Source: an uncultured Actinomycetota bacterium (GTDB lineage Bacteria > Actinomycetota > Actinomycetes > JAHEKZ01). Taken from it: a stretch of DNA of 64,000 bases. Both the position numbers and the translations under genes were made by a program. Every line of letters starts with the position of its first letter. Within the stretch, counting starts at the first letter, position 1. Under the pieces are notes generated by a model. That model saw only the letters and a program-made list of their open reading frames with translations. It was not told where the DNA came from and did no database searches. This document shows, one piece after another, positions 1-9,784 of the stretch. Where the stretch lies: positions 1 to 64,000 of the forward strand of contig CAVURN010000001.1 of assembly GCA_963743915.1 (NCBI GenBank). The letters run 5' to 3'.

Positions 1-178
1 CACCCGAAAGTCAACAGCGGCTCCACCGGAGATGTCTGGGGTCCCCTGGGGTAGTCCGACACCCCTTTCGCAGGAGCCTGCCGCAACGACTTCCACCGGA
101 CCATCGATGAGCGCAACACTGACGTAGGCGAGCCGAGACCTCAGTCGCTCGGTCGTCTGCGGGCCTGGGAGCGTAGGC

Positions 179-1260
179 ATGGGAGCCTCCGGAGCGGCGA
201 GGCGTGGCGTCGCGCTGTTCCTCGTCGTAGCAGCAGTCGCAGCGTGCTCGGAGGGTGACCGCGACGACGGACGGCAGTCCCTCGGGTCGCCCAGCGCCGC
301 GTCGACCGCGGGGAAGGTCGCCCTCGTCGGCCGGCCCCTCCGCGTCGCGTTCCCGCTGTCGGAGCCAGCACTGCCGGAGATCCAGACGCTCAGGTCTCTC
401 GGTGGCGTCACAATGAAGGCCACACACACCGCCGACTGGATCATCGTGGCCTTCGGTCGTGCCTGGGTCACGGGTCGGGACAGGGAATCGGGGTCTTCGA
501 CGCGCGGACGGGTCGCTCCGAGGGTTCGGTCCCCGTGCCGAACGAACCCTGCGCGGCGGCAGCGGTCGGGTTTGGCGCGATCTGGTCGGCCACCTGCGGA
601 GACGTCCGGGGAGTTGTCCGCATCGATCCGCACCAGGCCCGGGTGACCGACAGTGTGGAGCTCGACTTCGCGCAGCCCGAATCCAGCGTCGGCGCAGGAG
701 AGGGTGCGGTGTGGGCCATTGCCAACGGGGCTGGCTGCTCCAACTGCGTCCTCGTGCGGATAGACCCCGGGACGGTCTCGATCACCGACCGGTTCCGGGT
801 GCCCTCCGGAGCGTCTGCGGTCCGCGCCGGGCTTGGCGGCGTCTGGATCACCTACTTCGGCGACGATCACGTCCTCCACGTGAACCCGACGAATGGTGCG
901 ATCGAAGCGGTGATCCCCGTCGGCGCCAAGCCTGCCTTTCTCGACATCGGCGGGGGCTCGATATGGGTCATGGCCTCTTACGACGGAGCCCTGTGCCGAA
1001 TCGATCCGCAGAGCAATCGGGTCCTCTCACGCACCGTTCTCGACCCGGGTGGTGGATACGGAGACCTCACGGTAGGGGACGGGTTCGTCTGGTGGCGCGG
1101 AGTCGAGGCGCTGGTGACCCAGGTCGACCAGCGTGACGGCACAGTGGTCCGCCGGATCGGGGTGGGCGGAGTGGGAGACGGCTCCGCGGCGGCGGGCTCC
1201 GGCACCTTGTGGATCTCAGCGCATGACGTGGCCAGGCTTTACCGAGTCGATGTGACCTAA
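179..1260 (+). CDS. Secreted beta-propeller lipoprotein (YncE/Vgb-like), one frameshift near 472-478
   Basis: Signal peptide with lipobox-like AVAAC in ORF 179..646. Repeated 'GxGAVW...RIDP' blades in ORF 535..1260. The frames join as ...AWVTG/GQGIGVFDARTG... Confidence 0.7.
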
Positions 1261-2018
1261 CGGCACACCATCAGCGGCGGAGATCCCAGCGGGCGGGGTC
1301 CTGCCCGTAGAAGTGCCTGGAGGACCACGTACAGGTCGGGACTCTCCTCGAACAGATCCTCACCGCGGGTGAAGAAGGCCTCGGTGGCCACGGCGAAGAA
1401 CTCGCTCGGACGAGTCGCGGCGTAGTCGGACAGTAGAGCGCTTCCTTGGCCCCGTCGCAGTGCCGAAAGCTGCCGCCCGCAGACGGTGATCCACCGATCG
1501 CGTTGCCGCGGGTCGGTGAACCGTGGCGTGCCGTCGAGTGTGCCGTCCTCGGCGTCGAGCATGTGAGCGAACTCGTGGAAGACGACGTTCTGCCCGCCGC
1601 GGGGGTGCCTGGCCTGGTGCTCGGCGACGTCCCAGGCGATGAACACCGGCCCTCGGGCAGACGTGTGACCCAGCACGGGGACGGCGTGGTCCTCGACCGT
1701 GCCCGGGATCGGTCCGGCCCGAGGGCCGGTCATGGTGATGGTTCCCGGGTGGACGACAACCGCGTGGACCAGGGGATAGACCGGGTCGGGCAGACCGGAC
1801 GCGATCAGGGCAGCGTGTCCGGCGATCGTTCCGCGCACCGTGTCGTCGAGGACGAAGTCGCGGGACGCCTCCCAGGTCACCTTGTCCAGCAGGTCAGCAG
1901 CGATGTGTTCGAGCCGGTGCTGCTCAGCAGCGGCCAGCAGAGTCCACTGCCAGAGCCGCTCGGTCACCACTTTGCGAAGTTCCGGAGTCAGCTCGCGCCG
2001 GCGTCGATGCAGAGCCAC
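1257..2018 (-). CDS. MtfA/YeeI-like (M90) zinc-dependent peptidase; probable frameshift in the last ~20 codons
   Basis: NVVFHEFAHMLD zincin motif and YAAT-x-PSEFFAVATEAFF. The family-typical C-terminus HFYGQDP is in another frame near 1300-1320. Start uncertain. Confidence 0.8.
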   Translation of the reverse strand: MALHRRRRELTPELRKVVTERLWQWTLLAAAEQHRLEHIAADLLDKVTWEASRDFVLDDTVRGTIAGHAALIASGLPDPVYPLVHAVVVHPGTITMTGPRAGPIPGTVEDHAVPVLGHTSARGPVFIAWDVAEHQARHPRGGQNVVFHEFAHMLDAEDGTLDGTPRFTDPRQRDRWITVCGRQLSALRRGQGSALLSDYAATRPSEFFAVATEAFFTRGEDLFEESPDLYVVLQALLRAGPRPLGSPPLMVCR

Positions 2019-2227
2019 CAGCAGAACTCCTCTGCGCTTGTGCCACGGAAAGTCAGGGCGGGGTCACGATCCGTCGACTGGCCTCAAGTGACCATTGTCC
2101 GCCCCCCCGAGCGTCTCTACGGTGACGTCCACATTGTGGGGGGCGAAGCGACCATGTCGCTCGGGGCATCGGGCATGCGTGAAGCCATCGGGACACCGAC
2201 CCTGCTCGGAACCAGAGGAGGCTTTGC

Positions 2228-2710
2228 ATGCGTTTTGTGTCAACAGCGAGAGGTCGGTGGCTCATCCTGCCGGTGCTCTTGGCCCTGGCAGCTGTGCTGT
2301 CCCCCGGGGCAGCGACGGCGGCGCTCGGCAACAACGGCACCATCAAGATCGACTCCATGCCGTGGGACGATCTCCCCAACAACGAGCCGCACACCAGCTG
2401 CATTTTCCAGGTCGACTTCTACAACTACGAAAAGGGCGACTACTACGCAAAGGTGCGCTTCTTCGCGCAGCCACCGACGGGCCGAGACATCCTGCTCGCA
2501 CGCGACAGCATCTTCATCGGTGGGGATGCGGCCGGCGGTGGGACGGACATCGACGCCGAGGAGACTTTCGACCTCACCTCCGCGCTCGAGCAGTACATGG
2601 CACACATCAACCAGGGGTACCACGTCAAGCTCAAGGTGTACGCGCCGCACTCGATCGGCAAGGACACGAAGTACAAGACCTTCTGGGTCACTGGCTGCAA
2701 GGGGTACTGA
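2228..2710 (+). CDS. Secreted hypothetical protein
   Basis: GAGGAGG RBS, signal peptide, strong GC3 codon bias, two Cys. Confidence 0.8.
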   Translation: MRFVSTARGRWLILPVLLALAAVLSPGAATAALGNNGTIKIDSMPWDDLPNNEPHTSCIFQVDFYNYEKGDYYAKVRFFAQPPTGRDILLARDSIFIGGDAAGGGTDIDAEETFDLTSALEQYMAHINQGYHVKLKVYAPHSIGKDTKYKTFWVTGCKGY

Positions 2711-2735
2711 GACACCGCCTCAGCAGAGCTGAAAT

Positions 2736-2771
2736 GATCCTGGTCCGGCGCAGTCGCGCCGGACCAGGATC
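2736..2771. terminator. Perfect 16-bp inverted repeat between convergent genes (bidirectional terminator-like)
   Basis: GATCCTGGTCCGGCGC-AGTC-GCGCCGGACCAGGATC. Confidence 0.75.
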
Positions 2772-2779
2772 GGTCTGTG

Positions 2780-4210
2780 CTATGCCACGTACTCCGGAAC
2801 GGGCTCCGGTTCGGTCATCCGGGTCCGCTGACGCAGGTACACCGGAATGCCGATCAGGAACGCGACACCCGCCATGATGAACGGCGAGAACTCCTTCAGG
2901 AACGGCTCACCGGTCATCCGCGAGTACCAGAGGAACAGCGCGGAGAACACGAGCGCGATGGCGGCGACGGTGACGTCGCGGACGAAGCGGGGTGTCTCGA
3001 GCTGTCGGTGGTCAGCCAGCCGCCACTTGATCTGGGCCAACGCCGAGACCGCGTAGGGGATGGCCGCGGTGATGCCCGTCATGTAGACCAGCACGTTGAA
3101 GACGTCGTACCCCGTGTTTCCCCAGAACGCCAACACCATCACGACGGATGCCAGGGCCGTGCTGGCCACGATGCCGAACGTCGGCATCGCCCGGTCGGAC
3201 AGGCCCGCGAAACGCTCAGGGAAGACGCCGTCCTTGGCTGCTGCGTACGGCATCTGGGCGCAGATCATCGTCCAGCCCACCAGTGCACCGAAGCCGGAGA
3301 CGATCACCGCGGCCGCTGCGGCCTGGCTGGCCCAGCTGCCCCACATCGCGTCGAAGGCGGTGGAGAAGGGAGCCGAAGACTCGCTGAGCCCCACTGTCCC
3401 GACGATGCCGAAGACGGCGACCAGCGAGAGCAGGTAGACCACCGCGGACGCGAGCGTCCCCATGATCGTGGCCCGAGGAACGTTGCGGTCGGGGTCCCGC
3501 ACCCGGGCGGCAGCGACGGACGCGGTCTCGACGCCGAGGTAGCTGAACAGGCAGAGCGCCATCGCACCGCCGATGGCGGCGAGAGTGGTCTCTCCGCTGG
3601 TGTTGAACGGCGTGAAGTTGCCGCTCGAGACGTACAGCAGCCCGACCGTCGACATGATCGCCAGGGGGATGAACTTGATGACCGACGTCCACACCTGGAA
3701 CGAGCCCATGTTGCGGAGCCCAGAGAGGTTGATCAACGCCGGTAGCCAGAGCCCCATCAGGCAGAGCGTGATCGCGAGGAGGTCGACGGTCGTCCCGGCG
3801 ATGGTCACTGTCCACGCGAGCGTCCAGTACTCGCTGAGGAAGTACTGCACGTAGAAGACCCAGCCGACGACGATGGCAGCGTTTCCTGCCCACGAGGTGA
3901 CCCAGTAGAGCCACGCGCTCGAGAACCCCGTGAGGTTGCCGAACGCGACGCGCGCGTAGGCGTACGGACCGCCGTCAGCCGGCAGTCGCTTCGACATCCC
4001 GGCGAACATCACGGCCAGGGCCACGGCGCCGACGGTGGTGAGAAGCATGGCCACCAGGCTGATCGGTCCGTAGGACGCGAGCGAGCCCGGCAGGTTGAAG
4101 ATGCCGACGCCGATGATGCTGCCGACGATCAGCGCAGTGGCTGGGGGTAGTCCCAGTCGAGGGCTGTCCGCCGGCGCCTCAGGCGTCCGCTGGAGAGTCT
4201 GTTGTGTCAT
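2780..4210 (-). CDS. APC-family amino acid/polyamine permease (PotE/AdiC/ArcD-like)
   Basis: GSIIGVGIF, GGPYAYAR and FSYLGVE motifs, ~12 hydrophobic segments, GGAGG RBS before ATG 4210. Confidence 0.9.
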   Translation of the reverse strand: MTQQTLQRTPEAPADSPRLGLPPATALIVGSIIGVGIFNLPGSLASYGPISLVAMLLTTVGAVALAVMFAGMSKRLPADGGPYAYARVAFGNLTGFSSAWLYWVTSWAGNAAIVVGWVFYVQYFLSEYWTLAWTVTIAGTTVDLLAITLCLMGLWLPALINLSGLRNMGSFQVWTSVIKFIPLAIMSTVGLLYVSSGNFTPFNTSGETTLAAIGGAMALCLFSYLGVETASVAAARVRDPDRNVPRATIMGTLASAVVYLLSLVAVFGIVGTVGLSESSAPFSTAFDAMWGSWASQAAAAAVIVSGFGALVGWTMICAQMPYAAAKDGVFPERFAGLSDRAMPTFGIVASTALASVVMVLAFWGNTGYDVFNVLVYMTGITAAIPYAVSALAQIKWRLADHRQLETPRFVRDVTVAAIALVFSALFLWYSRMTGEPFLKEFSPFIMAGVAFLIGIPVYLRQRTRMTEPEPVPEYVA

Positions 4211-4296
4211 GGCGGCCTCCCGGCTGCTAGGGCGCAGGCCGGACACCTCAGCAGGCGCACACATGCCTGACGCCCATCTTCAGCGTAGAGAAGCCG

Positions 4297-4340
4297 GGAG
4301 TGCCGGGGCAGGGACTTAGATCCCTACTCCCCGGCACTCC
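4297..4340 (-). terminator. Hairpin downstream of the M43 protease gene
   Basis: GGAGTGCCGGGG (4297-4308) / CCCCGGCACTCC (4329-4340), with inner AGGGA/TCCCT. Confidence 0.6.
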
Positions 4341-4366
4341 ACGGGCAAGGCTCCGCGGGCGCGGCG

Positions 4367-5341
4367 TCAGCCGCGGTAGGCCTCCCAGGTCGCCGACATG
4401 CGGGCGTTCTGTCCCTCGGTGAACTCGAACATGCACTCGTCGTACGTGTAGTCCATGAAGTTCGTGATGGGGTCGACCCCGGGCTGCTCGCAGGTGTCGC
4501 GTCCGACGGGGCACTGGAACGCCGGCGATGCCTCGTACGGCGTGTCGTCGACGTGGTCGCCGGGCTCCTGGCAGCCGTTGTCGAAAGTGTGGGCCAGTCC
4601 GAGCCAGTGCCCGACCTCGTGCGTCCCGGTGTCGCCGGAGTCGTAGGGACCGAGGTCACCGCCGGGCAGCGAGCGGTACTCGAGCACGACGCCGTCGTAG
4701 AAGCGCGGCAGGGGGTCGGTGCCTTCGAAGCTCCAGGGGTAGTACGCCCAGCCCAGCAGGAACTGGCCGAGCTTGGCGGTGTAGATGTTGAGGGTCTCCG
4801 GACCACCGGTGTGGAGGGCCTTCTTCATCTTCACCTCCTTGCCGCTCCCGCGGTACAGCCGCCGGTCGTCGCCGTTCGCAGGGATCAGGTTGAACCACGA
4901 CTCCTTGGTGGTGCGGTCCACCGAGTCGAGCTCGAAGCGGATGTTGGACGCCGCGCCGCCCGTCCTGCCGGAGAAGGAGTCGTTCAACACCGTGATCTGG
5001 TCGTCGATCCACTGACTGGGAACGTTGCCGCCGGCCACCGTCGTGTTCTTGCGCACGACGTGGAAGGCCACGGGAATGGTGACCGCGACGCCATCTGCCG
5101 CGGCGCGTGCCTGAGCGGGATTCTGCTTCATCCACCGCGCCACGGGATCAGCGCCCCGCAGGGCCATCATGTCGTCGCGAGGGATGAATCCTTCAGGTGC
5201 ATCAGCCACGTCGTTGTAGCCGAGGCAGTCGGTGCCCTCGGGCATGCGAAGGGCGCTCGCGGACGGTGCCGCGACGAGTCCGACGGCCATCGCGATGGCG
5301 CTGACGGCAGCAAGGTCACGCAGACGGGGGACGAGCTTCAC
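4367..5341 (-). CDS. Secreted M43 (pappalysin/ulilysin-like) zinc metalloprotease
   Basis: HEVGHWLGLAH metzincin motif, NFMDY Met-turn, signal peptide, AGGAG RBS before GTG 5341. Confidence 0.9.
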   Translation of the reverse strand: MKLVPRLRDLAAVSAIAMAVGLVAAPSASALRMPEGTDCLGYNDVADAPEGFIPRDDMMALRGADPVARWMKQNPAQARAAADGVAVTIPVAFHVVRKNTTVAGGNVPSQWIDDQITVLNDSFSGRTGGAASNIRFELDSVDRTTKESWFNLIPANGDDRRLYRGSGKEVKMKKALHTGGPETLNIYTAKLGQFLLGWAYYPWSFEGTDPLPRFYDGVVLEYRSLPGGDLGPYDSGDTGTHEVGHWLGLAHTFDNGCQEPGDHVDDTPYEASPAFQCPVGRDTCEQPGVDPITNFMDYTYDECMFEFTEGQNARMSATWEAYRG

Positions 5342-5477
5342 GATGGTCTCCTGGCGCAGAGTCGGATCCTCGAAGGGAACGTACGCCGTGGAGCTATCGG
5401 GATGCAGCGAAACCCCAAAGTGCTCGAGAGCACAGCGGCTCATTCAGGACGAATCTGGCATCGGGCAGGATGACGGG

Positions 5478-5810
5478 GTGACCTCAACCCCGGATCCCCG
5501 CTTCCTTCAGGCCAACGAGCGCACCTACCTCGCCTGGTTGCGGACCGCACTGGCCGTCGGGGCAGCGGCACTGGGGATCGCTGGGCTGGCCCCGGTCACC
5601 GACCCCACGTGGGTCCGTCCCGCGGTCTCGCTGATGGTGGCTGCGTTCGCGCTGGTGGTGCTCTCCTGGGCGCTGCGCCGCTACCGTGCGACGGACGCCG
5701 CCCTACGGGCAGGCGAGCCCTTACCGGCTCTCCGCTACTCCGCCCTGCTGGCAGTGGGGCTCGCAGTGGTTCTCACGCTGTCAGTGACGGCGCTGCTGCT
5801 CGCGACCTGA
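5478..5810 (+). CDS. DUF202/YidH family membrane protein
   Basis: ANERTYLAWLRTAL signature, three TM segments. Confidence 0.85.
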   Translation: MTSTPDPRFLQANERTYLAWLRTALAVGAAALGIAGLAPVTDPTWVRPAVSLMVAAFALVVLSWALRRYRATDAALRAGEPLPALRYSALLAVGLAVVLTLSVTALLLAT

Positions 5811-5852
5811 GGGCGGAGGGCTCTGGCCGCTCCGGCGCGCTAGCGTTGGCCC

Positions 5853-6413
5853 ATGACTCGCGCCACGTTCACCCGTATGCAGGACGGCACCGCTGAGGAC
5901 TACGCAGTGGTCGAGGCGGCCGAGGTCGAGTTCACGAAGGGTCTGCCGGATCGCATCCTCGCGGCCGTCGAAGCCCTCGGCGACGCCGGTCTCGGAGGGT
6001 ATGCCGTCACCCGCCTCGAGCACAGCCTCCAGTCAGCCACCCGTGCTCTCCGTGACGGCCGGGACACCGACTATGTGGTGGCCGCGCTTGTCCACGACAT
6101 CGGCGACGAGCTTGCTCCGTACGCGCACGGCTCGTACGCGGCCAGTGTTCTTCGGCCCTACGTGTCGGAGAAGCTGGTTTGGATCGTCGAGCACCACCCG
6201 GTCTTCCAGATGTACTACTACGCCCCGCACATGGGGGGCGAGAAGGACGCCCGCGACCGCTACCGCGAGCACCCGTGGTTCGACGACACGGTCGAGTTCT
6301 GCGAGAAGTACGACGAGAACTGCTTCGACCCCGAGTACGACTCGCTCACCCTTGACGACTTCGCACCGCTCGTCCGTGAGGTCTTCTCGCGCGAGCCGTT
6401 CAGCAAGGCTTGA
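5853..6413 (+). CDS. HD-domain metalloprotein (PhnZ/TmpB-like ligand pattern), leaderless
   Basis: LEHSLQ...ALVHDIG...H...HH...D pattern; TAGCGT-N6-ATG. Confidence 0.8.
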   Translation: MTRATFTRMQDGTAEDYAVVEAAEVEFTKGLPDRILAAVEALGDAGLGGYAVTRLEHSLQSATRALRDGRDTDYVVAALVHDIGDELAPYAHGSYAASVLRPYVSEKLVWIVEHHPVFQMYYYAPHMGGEKDARDRYREHPWFDDTVEFCEKYDENCFDPEYDSLTLDDFAPLVREVFSREPFSKA

Positions 6414-6425
6414 GCGAGCTCCGGT

Positions 6426-7522
6426 TCACGACGCCATCACCGTCCGGTAGTACTCGTTGAACTGGTGCACGTAGTCGTCCTTGAGGGGGTAGACGCCGTG
6501 GGCGAATCCTCGTGAGGTGATCCCGCGCTGGACGCGCTCGCTCACGGCGTAGTCCTGGCCGGCCACGAGCTCGCAGAAGTCGACGACCGGCTGGTGGTCG
6601 AAGTCGGGCTCGGCGATGTCCTCGGGCAGGAAGAGGTACTCGGTCAGGACGCGGGTCTGGGTCGGACCTTCGGGTACCAGGCGAGTGGTGACCACGTTGC
6701 TGCCCGCGATGTCGATGAACATGTTGGGGAACACCTGGCTGCCATAGATGGAGTGGGCCATCTCCTCGTTCATCCCCGGCAGGACCGCTCGTCGTGCCCG
6801 GGGGTCGTCGGAGTAGCTGGTGCCGCCGGTGATCAGGGCGACGCCACCGTCCGCCCGGCTGCGGTCACCCGTCTCGCCCTTCTTGTAGGTGGGAACCACC
6901 TGCACGAGCTCGGGGTGCACGATCGGGCAGTGGAGGCACTCGTTGTAGTTCTCGATGATGATCTTCCAGTTCGCCCCCACGACCGACTCGGTGCGGTGGA
7001 CGGTGACCAGGTGGTCCATCTCGTGCTTCTCGAAGCGAAGGGGCGAGTCGTAGTGACCGTCCAGCGCCTCGCGCAGCGGCGTCACGGCTCCGCGGTCGAG
7101 GTTCACGAACATGAACCCCTGCCACGTGTCGATGTGCACCGGCTTGAGTCCCAACGTCGGCCGGTCGACCTCGTCCTCGCCGACCCGGGGCGTGGCCACC
7201 AGCGCGCCGTTCAGGTCGTAGCACCAGGCGTGGTACGGGCACTGGAAGACGGCCTTCGTGGTGCCGCGGGTGTCGTCGCACAGCTGCGCACCGCGGTGGC
7301 TGCACACGTTGTAGAAGGCCTTGAGTCCGCCCTCGTCGTTCCGGGTGACCAGGATGCTCTGGCCTGCGATGTCGACGGTCAGGAAGTCACCGGGGGACGC
7401 CACGAGCTCGGCGCGTCCGGCGTAGACCCACTGGCGGTACCACAGCTGCTCCTGCTCCCGCGCGTACGTCTCCGGCGGTAGTAGTCGGGAGCGGGCAGCG
7501 TGTGACGGACCTCGGTGGTCAT
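6426..7522 (-). CDS. Rieske non-heme iron oxygenase alpha subunit (choline monooxygenase/GbcA/Stc2-like); frameshift near 7476-7480
   Basis: CSHRG...CPYHAW Rieske motif and ENYNECLHCPIVHPE iron site. N-terminus MTTEVRHTLPAPDYY follows a GGAGG RBS in another frame. Confidence 0.9.
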
Positions 7523-7550
7523 GGTTCCTCCGTTGTTGGCCGACCGCGAG

Positions 7551-7580
7551 TGACTGGTTGGTCAGTCAGTCAAAAGGATA
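7551..7580 (-). promoter_or_regulatory. Palindromic operator (TetR/BetI-like) next to the -10 element of the Rieske gene
   Basis: TGACTG-N6-CAGTCA at 7551-7568; minus-strand TATCCT at 7575-7580; second copy at 16965-16986. Confidence 0.65.
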
Positions 7581-7665
7581 CTGCCAGTCCTGTCCCCGCG
7601 GAAGCCCCGACCCGCGGCGTGAGGTGTCGTAGGGTCGGCGCGAAGTTCGAAGGCAGGAGCTCTGG

Positions 7666-8907
7666 GTGCGTGTAGTCGTTGTGGGTGCAGGTATCGGCGG
7701 GCTGACCGCGGCATTGAGCCTCCATGCTGTCGGTATCGACCACGTGCAGGTGCTGGAGTCAGCTGCTCGAATCGAGCCGCTCGGTGTGGGGATCAATGTC
7801 CTGCCGCACGCCGTTCGGGAGCTGACCGAGCTGGGCCTGGTCGATCAGCTGGAGACGATCGGAGTCCGGACGGCCGAGCTCGCGTACTACGACCGCCATG
7901 GATCCAGGATCTGGTCCGAGCCACGCGGCATCGAGGCGGGCTACCACTGGCCTCAGTACTCCGTGCACCGCGGTCACCTGCAGCTCCTGCTTCTGGAAGC
8001 TGTGCGGGAGCGGCTCGGGGTCGACGCCGTAACCTGCGGCGCCCGGGTGCGCTCGGTGCGGATGGATGGAGACCAGGCGACCGTGCAGTGGGGGCCACCT
8101 GACGACCTGCGAGTGACGCACGCCGACGTGGTGGTCGCCGCGGACGGGATCCACTCGACGGTAAGAGCCGAGCGTCACCCCGATGAGGGTGCTCCCATCT
8201 GGAACGGATCCGTGCTGTGGCGGGGGACCTCGCACGCTCGCCCCTTCTTGACCGGCCGGAGCATGATCATGGCCGGGCACCGCGACCTCAAGTTCGTGGC
8301 CTATCCGATCGGTCCGGCGCGTGACGGCGTCCAGCTCATCAATTGGATCGCAGAGCGACGGGCCCCCGACGAGACCTTTGCCCGCGAGGACTGGAACCGC
8401 GCGGTGGACACCGATGTCTTCGCCGGACACTTCAAACGCTGGCGGTTTTCGTGGCTGGACATCCCAGAGCTCATCGCGACCGCCACGAGCGTCCTCGAGT
8501 ACCCGATGGTCGACCGACTCCCTCTGGCGGACTGGACCGTGGGGCGGGTGACGCTCCTGGGGGATGCCGCGCACCCGACCTACCCGATCGGCTCGAATGG
8601 CTCCTCCCAGGCGATTCTGGATGCGCGCGTCCTGGCGCACTGCCTTGCGTCGCACCCGATCGACCAAGCCCTCCGATGCTACGTCGACCTGCGCCTTCCA
8701 CCCACCCGTGCGCTGCAGGAGGCGAACCGGTCGATGGGGCCAGAGATCGTCATGCAGCTTGCGCACGAGCGTGCACCGGACGGCTTCGACTCCGTCGACG
8801 ACGTGTTCGGACCGGACGAGCTTGCGTCCCTCGCCGCCGAGTACAAGCGCGTCGCCGGGTTTCACCCCGATGACCTCAACCACCGCGCGTCCTGGAGTGT
8901 CCGATGA
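7666..8907 (+). CDS. FAD-dependent monooxygenase (group A, PhzS/salicylate hydroxylase-like)
   Basis: GAGIGG, ADGIHS and LLGDAAH motifs. Confidence 0.9.
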   Translation: MRVVVVGAGIGGLTAALSLHAVGIDHVQVLESAARIEPLGVGINVLPHAVRELTELGLVDQLETIGVRTAELAYYDRHGSRIWSEPRGIEAGYHWPQYSVHRGHLQLLLLEAVRERLGVDAVTCGARVRSVRMDGDQATVQWGPPDDLRVTHADVVVAADGIHSTVRAERHPDEGAPIWNGSVLWRGTSHARPFLTGRSMIMAGHRDLKFVAYPIGPARDGVQLINWIAERRAPDETFAREDWNRAVDTDVFAGHFKRWRFSWLDIPELIATATSVLEYPMVDRLPLADWTVGRVTLLGDAAHPTYPIGSNGSSQAILDARVLAHCLASHPIDQALRCYVDLRLPPTRALQEANRSMGPEIVMQLAHERAPDGFDSVDDVFGPDELASLAAEYKRVAGFHPDDLNHRASWSVR

Positions 8908-9320
8908 CGGCGATAGCCCCGCCTCGGCTGCGATGGGTGGCACGGGCGACGGTCGAGGTCGGGACGCCCATTGCGTTGGACTCGACCCCCGAAGGGCGGC
9001 ACCGCCTCGTGCCGATTCGTGGAGGTCACGTCGTCGGGGAGTGGCGTGGGGTCATTCTTGGTGGTGGAGCCGACCGGCAGACCGTTCACGACGATGGTTC
9101 GGTCGTGATCGATGCCCGCTATCCCGTGCGGCTCGAGGACGGGTCGATGGTGTGCTTCATTGCCCGCGGTGTCCGTCCCGCTGACGCGCCGGATGGTGGG
9201 TTCTCGACCTCCTTGATCCTGCGCGGGGATGCACCACCGAGCATCAGCTCGACGGTGTACCTGGCTGTGGGGCACAAGGCGGCCGGGGCCGTCGAGTTCG
9301 CCGTCTTCGAGGTGGCATGA
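8904..9320 (+). CDS. DUF3237 family protein
   Basis: RLVPIRGG...GVILGGGADRQ...IDARY pattern; ATGA overlap with the upstream gene. Confidence 0.7.
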   Translation: MTAIAPPRLRWVARATVEVGTPIALDSTPEGRHRLVPIRGGHVVGEWRGVILGGGADRQTVHDDGSVVIDARYPVRLEDGSMVCFIARGVRPADAPDGGFSTSLILRGDAPPSISSTVYLAVGHKAAGAVEFAVFEVA

Positions 9321-9784
9321 GGCAGGACGCAGCTGCGCCATCCATGGTCTACGCCTTCACGATCGACGTGGCGTTGCAGACGCCGATCGTCCTGGGTGAC
9401 TCCCCCTTGGGACGCCGCGTCTTCATTCCCATCATGGGAGGCACGGTCCGTGGCGCTCGACTTCAAGCAGAGATCCTCGCGGGGGGAGGGGACCGGGCGC
9501 TCGAACGAGTCGGGGACGTGATGGACATCCATGCGCATTACCTGATTCGCACACTCGATGACGTCTTCATCGAGGTCGACAACAGAGGCCATTGGCGCGA
9601 GATACCAGGCAAGCCACCGTACTTCGTCACTGCACCGGTGTTCTCAACGGAAGACGAGCGGTACCGGTGGCTCACCCGCGGTCTCTTCTTCGGCATGGCG
9701 CATGAGGTGGATGAGACCCGCATCGTGATCGATGTGTACGAGAGCGTGCCGCGCGTCCGCCCGGCAGTCGAGGGCGGCTCGTGA
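9317..9784 (+). CDS. DUF3237 family protein
   Basis: RRVFIPIMGG...ILAGGGD...YFVTAPVFST...YRWL pattern; ATGA overlap. Confidence 0.8.
   Translation: MRQDAAAPSMVYAFTIDVALQTPIVLGDSPLGRRVFIPIMGGTVRGARLQAEILAGGGDRALERVGDVMDIHAHYLIRTLDDVFIEVDNRGHWREIPGKPPYFVTAPVFSTEDERYRWLTRGLFFGMAHEVDETRIVIDVYESVPRVRPAVEGGS

Noticed and set aside
34-62. PafBC-like TGTC(T/G)G motifs at the window start
   Set aside because: The spacing to a TANNNT does not fit on either strand, and the upstream context is cut off.
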